From a virus (lineage: Duplodnaviria; Caudoviricetes): a DNA stretch of 31,768 bases. The notes under the pieces were generated by a model. That model worked only from the letters and a program-made list of their open reading frames with translations, was not told the origin of the DNA and did not search any database. This document shows, one piece after another, positions 26,043 to 31,768 of this stretch; position 1 is the first letter of the stretch, and every line of letters starts with the position of its first letter. A program made the position numbers and the translations under genes. The stretch covers positions 1 to 31,768 of the IMG/VR virus record IMGVR_UViG_3300017914_000231, one strand, 5' to 3'.

Positions 26043-26711
26043 ATGAGCGATGAAATCATGGAAACCGTAGACAAAGCTGAAACTGAGACAGCGGCAGTAG
26101 AAACTCAGGGTAAGACGTTTTCTCAAGAAGAATTAGATCGTATCGTTGCTGATCGTATCGCTAGAGAACAGCGCAAGTTCGACAAGAAGTTAGGCGGCAT
26201 TAATCTCGATGAAGCGAGAGAGTTGCTTTCTCAGCGTGAACAAGCGGAGTTGGAAGCTAAGAAACAGCGCGGTGAGTTCGAAGATGTCTTGAAGCAAACA
26301 GTCGAAAAGAAAGACGCAGAGATAAACAGCATGAAAGCCAGACTGCAAGAGACGCTAATTGACGGAGCGTTAACTTCAGCGGCGAGTAGAAATAACGCAG
26401 TTGATGTGTCTCAGGTAACTACATTGCTCAAGGGCAAGACACGACTCTCACCAGATGGTCAGGTAGAGGTCGTAGATAATAACGGAACACCACGTTACAA
26501 TGAGAAAGGTGAACTGTTATCTGTCGATGAGATGGTTACAGAATTTTTAACGGCAAATCCACATTTTGTACGCGCCTCTGGTGGCGGTTCAGGTAGTGTT
26601 AGTAATGCCGGTGGCTCTACATCGAAGCCGGATAAACCGATGGAATGGATAGTCGAGAACTGGAGTCAAGGCGGTAAAGAAATGTACGCTAAGATGAAAG
26701 GGAAAGGCTAA
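26043..26711 (+). CDS. Capsid scaffolding protein
   Basis: KTFSQEELDRIV..R coiled-coil; FL..NPHF..GGSGS; upstream of the capsid gene. Confidence 0.85.
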   Translation: MSDEIMETVDKAETETAAVETQGKTFSQEELDRIVADRIAREQRKFDKKLGGINLDEARELLSQREQAELEAKKQRGEFEDVLKQTVEKKDAEINSMKARLQETLIDGALTSAASRNNAVDVSQVTTLLKGKTRLSPDGQVEVVDNNGTPRYNEKGELLSVDEMVTEFLTANPHFVRASGGGSGSVSNAGGSTSKPDKPMEWIVENWSQGGKEMYAKMKGKG

Positions 26712-26746
26712 TAACTTTTATCTTTTTATTTTAAGGAATTTTTAAC

Positions 26747-27634
26747 ATGACTACTTTATCTAAAGCCACAGGTGCAGATGGCGCAACTAAGAACCTTAGC
26801 AACCTGTTTAGCAACATTGTTGCACAAGCGCGATTCACTGCGGAAGAAGGATCGCTAATGACTGGTCTAGTAAAGACCTACAACATCGGAACTGTAGCAG
26901 GACACACTGTACAGATTCCTAAGTACGGAACTGTTACTGCGGCAGACGTTGCAGAAGAAACTGATCTAAGCGCAACTGCACTACAGTCAACTAACGTAGA
27001 CGTTGCAATTAAGACTGTTGGTGCTATGGTTGACGTTACTGATCGCGCACAAATGGCTAGCGCAGACGTTGTAGCTGACATTGGTACTGTTCTTGGTAAC
27101 GCTGTTGCTAAGAAAATCGATACAGACATTCTTGGACTGCTAGACAATTTCAGTAACTCGGTAGGTGCTGAGCGTGAGGGTATCGATATCGAAGATATCT
27201 TGAACGCTGTTGCAAAGATTCGCGCTAACTCTTATCGTGGCGAACTTGCTTGCGTACTACACCCACAGCAAGCTGTATACTTGAAGTCATCATTGACTCA
27301 CAGCGCAAACGCTATTGCTAGCGATATTGCTAACGAAGCAATGCGTACAGGTTACATCGGCACTATCGCGGGTTGTAACGTATTTGAAAGCGCAGACGTT
27401 GTGACAGGCGTAAATAATAACGCTACTGCTAATGATGACACAGATGACATTACTTTTGCTAAGGGCGCAATCTTCGCTCCTGAAGCTATTGCAATGGCAC
27501 TCAAGCGCGACTTCACTATCGAGCAAGAGCGTAACGCTAGCAAGCGTTCGACTGAGTTAGTAGCTACTGCATACTACGGTGTTGCAGAACTAGAAGATGG
27601 ATTTGGCTGTACTGTAATCGGTAAAGCGCAATAA
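26747..27634 (+). CDS. Major capsid protein (HK97 fold)
   Basis: 295 aa; TVQIPKY, LGNAVAKKID.DI, VLHPQQ, G.IGTIAG..V, YGV.EL. Confidence 0.92.
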   Translation: MTTLSKATGADGATKNLSNLFSNIVAQARFTAEEGSLMTGLVKTYNIGTVAGHTVQIPKYGTVTAADVAEETDLSATALQSTNVDVAIKTVGAMVDVTDRAQMASADVVADIGTVLGNAVAKKIDTDILGLLDNFSNSVGAEREGIDIEDILNAVAKIRANSYRGELACVLHPQQAVYLKSSLTHSANAIASDIANEAMRTGYIGTIAGCNVFESADVVTGVNNNATANDDTDDITFAKGAIFAPEAIAMALKRDFTIEQERNASKRSTELVATAYYGVAELEDGFGCTVIGKAQ

Positions 27635-27645
27635 TCTTTGATATT

Positions 27646-27670
27646 AGCCCCTACTTCGGTGGGGGCTTTA
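27646..27670 (+). terminator. Terminator hairpin after the capsid gene
   Basis: AGCCCCTAC-TTCG-GTGGGGGCT with a short U-tract (likely leaky). Confidence 0.8.
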
Positions 27671-27684
27671 TTCTAGGAGTTACT

Positions 27685-27960
27685 ATGCCAATAACGTATC
27701 GCGGTGAAAGGTTTGAGGGCTATAACAAGCCAAAGAGAACCAGAGGTCATAAGACAAAGAGCCACGCAGTCCTTGCAAAAGAGGGCGACAAAATACGTTT
27801 AATTAGATTCGGACAGCAAGGCGCAGACAACAAGCCGCCTAGAAAGAATGAATCAGAGGCAGACAAAAGGAAGCGAGCCGCGTTTAAGAAGCGACACGCT
27901 AAGAACATAGCCAAAGGCAAGATGTCTGGGGCTTATTGGTCAGATAGGGTGAAATGGTAA
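27685..27960 (+). CDS. Very basic conserved viral protein (DUF5754-like)
   Basis: GYNKPKRT..KSHAVLAK..IRFGQQG..F..RH..S.AYW...W; AGGAG RBS. Confidence 0.7.
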   Translation: MPITYRGERFEGYNKPKRTRGHKTKSHAVLAKEGDKIRLIRFGQQGADNKPPRKNESEADKRKRAAFKKRHAKNIAKGKMSGAYWSDRVKW

Positions 27961-28373
27961 TGACTTATTCAACAGATCAAAACTTGCAAGAACTCGTGCC
28001 AGACATACTACAGCTTGGCATCGATAACTTTGCTACTGAGCATTATAAGGCAGCCGAAGATATAAGACGCAATCTGCGAATAGACTGGTGGGACAAGAGG
28101 GGATTAAAAGGCGAGATGGATAACAGCTTGTTGGTTTCGGCTCAGTTCACAAGGCTATCTACCTATCTTGTTTTATGGAAGTACGCTTTGCCACAGCTAA
28201 CTAACTGGGTACAAGACGATCGATTCCTTAAAATGATTGACTTTTATAAGGCTAGATATGGCGAAGAATACAGCGATGTACTCAGAGATGGCATCGAGTA
28301 TGATGAAGATGATGACGACACCATCTCAGAGAAAGAGAGACAGCCAGTACACTCAGGTAGGCTGTATAGATAA
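27954..28373 (+). CDS. Head-tail adaptor
   Basis: Position after the capsid gene; helical 139 aa. The start is probably 27960. Confidence 0.65.
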   Translation: MVMTYSTDQNLQELVPDILQLGIDNFATEHYKAAEDIRRNLRIDWWDKRGLKGEMDNSLLVSAQFTRLSTYLVLWKYALPQLTNWVQDDRFLKMIDFYKARYGEEYSDVLRDGIEYDEDDDDTISEKERQPVHSGRLYR

Positions 28374-28795
28374 TGAAAGTTAATATCAATACTAACTCTG
28401 TTGCAGTTCGCAAGGCTCTTAAAGAAGCGGGCGATCAAGTTCAAGCTAAGATGAAGCTAGGTCTGAGTAGGGCGGCACAGCAAGGTATTAATATCATTCA
28501 AGATAGAATGGACAAGGGCAAAGAAATAGAGGGCAGTAAGTTTAAGCCTTATACAGAGAAATATGCCGCGTTCAGAAAGAAAGAGGGCAAACAGCCATTC
28601 CCTAACTTGCAGTTTACGCGAGGTATGCGTAACGCAATGACGACTAAAGCGTCTAGAAAAAAGGCTGAGATATTCTTCACTACTGGCGATGAAGCAAAGA
28701 AAGCCGCTTTTAACGACAAGAGCAGACCTTTCTTTGGCTTCAACAATGATGAAGAAGATACACTGGGCAAGATATTCTTTAGGGCGATAACATGA
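28373..28795 (+). CDS. Neck / tail completion (virion morphogenesis) protein
   Basis: Basic; FKPYT..Y...R..NL.FT..M..RPFFG pattern. Confidence 0.7.
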   Translation: MKVNINTNSVAVRKALKEAGDQVQAKMKLGLSRAAQQGINIIQDRMDKGKEIEGSKFKPYTEKYAAFRKKEGKQPFPNLQFTRGMRNAMTTKASRKKAEIFFTTGDEAKKAAFNDKSRPFFGFNNDEEDTLGKIFFRAIT

Positions 28796-29226
28796 GCGTA
28801 AGAGAAAAGATCGCAGAGAATCTAGTAGATACGCTAAGAGAGATTACTCTGCCAGTGGCAACAAAGTATGTTACTAGAGAGCCATTTGAGTTTGATAAGT
28901 TATCAAATGCTCAATTTCCGGCTATACTAGTACGCACTGCAAACGAAGATAGAGAGGACAGTACGGTAGGTGGCTTAAGCGGCACTCGTATTGCAACGAT
29001 TAACTACGAGCTTATATGCTACGTCAAAGGCAAGGCAATAGACAAAGCTAGAAACGATATCATAGAAGCTGTAGAAGAAAAGCTTGACGCAGATAGAACG
29101 AGAGGCGGTAACGCACTAAACACAACTATCATTAGCGTTGAGGTGGATCAAGGTTCGATTACTCCGATTGGCGGTGTAATCTTAACACTGCGCGTAATAT
29201 ATGAATTTACTCGCGGAACTCTTTAA
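28792..29226 (+). CDS. Tail terminator protein
   Basis: MSVREKI..FPAILV..E..LDADRTRGG.A; upstream of the tail tube gene. Confidence 0.7.
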   Translation: MSVREKIAENLVDTLREITLPVATKYVTREPFEFDKLSNAQFPAILVRTANEDREDSTVGGLSGTRIATINYELICYVKGKAIDKARNDIIEAVEEKLDADRTRGGNALNTTIISVEVDQGSITPIGGVILTLRVIYEFTRGTL

Positions 29227-29246
29227 CTTAAACGAGGTATGAAAAA

Positions 29247-29663
29247 ATGGCTATAGCATTTGGTCAAGGTGGTCAGGTAAAGGTAGGCGCGGGTGATAGT
29301 ACTCCGGCAGTTGTCGGTCAAGTTCGCGGCTTTTCTATGGAGTATAACAACGAGTTAGTTGACGTAACTGTTCTTGAAGGGCAGCTTACAGCTGCTAACG
29401 GCACTGGCAGAAAGTTTGCAAAAGGCTTAGAAAATAACACTATTAGCTTAGATTGTTATTTTGATGAAGCAGACTCTCCGCAAGATGTGATGGTGGCAGG
29501 TGCAGAGATTAATTTTGAACTGTATCCTATTGCTACAGATGGTCAGTATTACACTGGCGACGGCATCGTACAGTCTCTTAGCATGACAGTTGCCGGAGAG
29601 TCTTTAGTAGAAGTTACTTTCTCAATACAGGTAAACGGTAAGCTAACAGTAGAAGCGGGCTAA
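29247..29663 (+). CDS. Major tail (tube) protein
   Basis: G.GG.VKVG..VGQVRGFS..VDVT..GL..YTG.GIV..V.FSIQ.NG.L. Confidence 0.85.
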   Translation: MAIAFGQGGQVKVGAGDSTPAVVGQVRGFSMEYNNELVDVTVLEGQLTAANGTGRKFAKGLENNTISLDCYFDEADSPQDVMVAGAEINFELYPIATDGQYYTGDGIVQSLSMTVAGESLVEVTFSIQVNGKLTVEAG

Positions 29664-29681
29664 TAATCGGGGGATTAAATC

Positions 29682-30032
29682 ATGGGAAGTTTAGCTAAAG
29701 AGTTACGCAAGCGTAGAGAAGTGCGGGTTCGAGAAGTAGTCGTTCCCGCTTGGGCGAATGAAGATGGTGATTTTAAGCTATACACCAGACCGATAACTTG
29801 TAGGGACTTGTCGTTCTTGCAAAAGAAACACCCGAAGTTTCTCGAAGATACTACTATTGACGCTATGGTTGATCTTATAGTTCTAAAGGCGCAAGACGAA
29901 TCTGGCAACAAGCTGTTTACTTCGTCTGATGATGCGTTCGAGTTGATGATGGAGCAGACTGACGTAATCACAGAGATTGCTGCCCAGATGTTTGCAGACA
30001 TTAGTTCTGAGGAACAGCTAGCAAAAAACTAA
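29682..30032 (+). CDS. Tail assembly chaperone (gpG-like)
   Basis: Lies between the tube and tape measure genes; ends in the slippery sequence GCA AAA AAC TAA. Confidence 0.85.
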   Translation: MGSLAKELRKRREVRVREVVVPAWANEDGDFKLYTRPITCRDLSFLQKKHPKFLEDTTIDAMVDLIVLKAQDESGNKLFTSSDDAFELMMEQTDVITEIAAQMFADISSEEQLAKN

Positions 30033-30181
30033 AGTCCGATCACTTGAGATACGATATGATATCTCTTGCTGATCGGTTGCACATGACGATAGAAGAAGCT
30101 GAGGACATTAGCCTTAGCGAGTTGTTCGAGTGGCGGGCTTACTACACACTGAAAAGGGAACGAAATGGCGAAGAACTTTAA
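30023..30181 (+). CDS. -1 frameshift extension of the tail chaperone (gpGT-like)
   Basis: A AAA AAC at 30023-30029; the -1 frame reads LKSDHLRYDMISLADRLHMTIEEAEDISLSELFEWRAYYTLKRERNGEEL and overlaps the tape measure start. Confidence 0.8.
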   Translation, partial: KKLKSDHLRYDMISLADRLHMTIEEAEDISLSELFEWRAYYTLKRERNGEEL

Positions 30182-31768
30182 GATTACCATAACCGCTTTA
30201 GATAAAACTAAAAAAGGTTTTGCAACAGCGGCACGAGGCATTAAGGCTGTAGCCGGTTCTGTATTGTCTTTAAAGACAGCTATTGTAGGTGCAGTGGGTG
30301 TCGGCGGCATAGGCTTGTTGATTAAAAGTTCACTTGACGCGACTGACAGCTTAGCTAAGACCGCTAGAAAAATAGGTGCTACAACTGAAGCTTTGGCAGC
30401 TATGAGGTACGCGGCAAGTTTAACAGGTGTTGCTACAGCGACAATGGATATGGCTTTGCAGAGATTCACTCGTAGGGTTGCTGAAGCGGCAGTCGGTACA
30501 GGTGAAGCAAAAGGCGCACTTAAAGAATTAAATCTGAACGCGAGACAGTTAGTTAAGTTACCGCTAGACAAGCAGATGCAAGAACTAGCCGGCGCGTTTG
30601 AAGAAGTAGAAACTGACGCTGACAAAGTTAGGCTAGCTATGAAGCTGTTTGACTCTGAGGGCGTTGCGTTAGTTAACACTCTTGGTATAGGCAAAGATGC
30701 ATTAGTAGAGTTAGCGGCTGAAGCAGATAAGTTAGGCGTTGCCCTGTCTGGTGACGCGGCTAAAGGCGTTGAAGATGCTAACGATGCATTTACAAGACTC
30801 GCAACTCTGTTTAAGGGAATTAGAGATCAAGCTGTTGCTGCTTTAGCACCGGCTCTTGAAAGCTTAGCGACAACACTGCAAACAAAACTATTAACCGCTA
30901 TCAATGAGACAGACGGCGGTGTAGAAGCTTTTGCTAAGAATATGGCTATTAAGGTTCTTGAGTCTGTTCAGACAGTTTTGTCCGCGTTGCAAAGCCTAGT
31001 TAATGGTGTCATAACTACAATTAACGATATGAATATTGCGGTAGCAAAGTTTACCGGCATATTCAAAGATAACGAAAACAGAAACGCCGTACAGTTAGCA
31101 GCAAGACTAGAGACTGTAAACGAGCTACTCGAAGAAAGAAACAAGAAAGCAGCCAATCCTAGAGCGCAACAAGCGCACGACAGGGCGATGAAAGCCCTAG
31201 AGGACGAAAAGGCGCAGATAGAAAAGCTGATGCTTGCTAAGAAAAATGCGGGCGAGACAAGCTTGATTCCTGAAGTTGCTTTTGCTGATGACATTAATGC
31301 AACACTTGATGGCTTTAAAGCCAAGATTAATGAGGTTAATCAGGCTAGGAACGGTGAAAGTGAAGATGGCTCTGATGAAAACAGCGACCCTGTTAAGAAA
31401 GAAGAAAACAAATATAAAGCTTTACGCGATCTTTTCGACCACCATAAAGATTTGCTAGCACAGGGCGAAACTGAATTTACAAACTTCAAAAAGAAGAACG
31501 CTGTAGATCAAACAAAATCTGTACTTGCCGGACTGTCTGAGCAGCTAAAAGGCACAGGCTTAATCAGCAAGAAGATGGGTAATCTAGAGAAAGCAGTCGC
31601 TATCAAAAAAGCATTAATTGCTACCTATGAATCTTCAGTTAAAGCGTTCGCGGCGGCGGGTGGCTTTCCAATGGGTATACCGGCGGCGGCTATTTCTATT
31701 GCTCAGGGCATGGCTCAAGTTGCTGCTATTAAGGCGCAGTCTTTTGAGGGTGGCGGCTTCACCGGTCA
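30165..31768 (+). CDS. Tape measure protein, N-terminal part (628 aa in total across the junction)
   Basis: MAKNFKITITALDKTK..., Ala-rich and helical, open to the window end and in frame with 2-424. Absent from the track because it has no stop inside the window. Confidence 0.9.
   Translation, partial: MAKNFKITITALDKTKKGFATAARGIKAVAGSVLSLKTAIVGAVGVGGIGLLIKSSLDATDSLAKTARKIGATTEALAAMRYAASLTGVATATMDMALQRFTRRVAEAAVGTGEAKGALKELNLNARQLVKLPLDKQMQELAGAFEEVETDADKVRLAMKLFDSEGVALVNTLGIGKDALVELAAEADKLGVALSGDAAKGVEDANDAFTRLATLFKGIRDQAVAALAPALESLATTLQTKLLTAINETDGGVEAFAKNMAIKVLESVQTVLSALQSLVNGVITTINDMNIAVAKFTGIFKDNENRNAVQLAARLETVNELLEERNKKAANPRAQQAHDRAMKALEDEKAQIEKLMLAKKNAGETSLIPEVAFADDINATLDGFKAKINEVNQARNGESEDGSDENSDPVKKEENKYKALRDLFDHHKDLLAQGETEFTNFKKKNAVDQTKSVLAGLSEQLKGTGLISKKMGNLEKAVAIKKALIATYESSVKAFAAAGGFPMGIPAAAISIAQGMAQVAAIKAQSFEGGGFTG
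31628..31768. repeat. 141-nt terminal direct repeat, right copy
   Basis: Identical to 1-141. Confidence 0.97.

Noticed and set aside
530-31324. All minus-strand ORFs in the track (e.g. 22145-22618, 29675-30001, 30029-30694, 30968-31324)
   Set aside because: They are antisense shadows of well-supported + strand genes and show no recognisable motifs.
1-31768. Stop-codon reassignment
   Set aside because: The standard code gives dense, full-length genes, and TAA, TAG and TGA all terminate genes.

Overview
The window is a complete, circularly permuted genome of a small siphovirus-type tailed phage. It has 31,627 unique bp; bases 1-141 repeat exactly at 31628-31768, and the tape-measure gene runs across that junction. 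Every credible gene is on the + strand. Gene order: tail tip and fibres (1-8974); lysis region with an unexplained set of exported proteins, a 3TM-type holin and an M15 endolysin (8983-11915); early, recombination and replication region with Sak-like, SSB-like, two HTH proteins, a truncated initiator, NinB, a phosphoesterase and NinG (11992-17365); small accessory genes (17378-19830); a ParB-domain gene, TET/JBP dioxygenase, TerS and TerL; portal; MuF-metallopeptidase with a probable immunity gene; scaffold and capsid; connectors; tail tube; frameshifting tail chaperone; tape measure. I saw no integrase, DNA polymerase, primase, helicase, DNA methyltransferase, tRNA or CRISPR array. The best candidates for undescribed biology are: (i) a promoter-driven, multi-stem, pseudoknotted non-coding element at about 13943-14202, next to an initiator that lacks its origin-binding domain; (ii) a cassette of exported proteins where spanins are expected; (iii) an orphan TET/JBP dioxygenase coupled to the packaging genes, in a genome that appears to lack GGCC sites; (iv) a GNAT acetyltransferase in the tail-tip slot usually held by an NlpC/P60 peptidase. 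All family assignments come from recognising motifs by eye, not from database searches.
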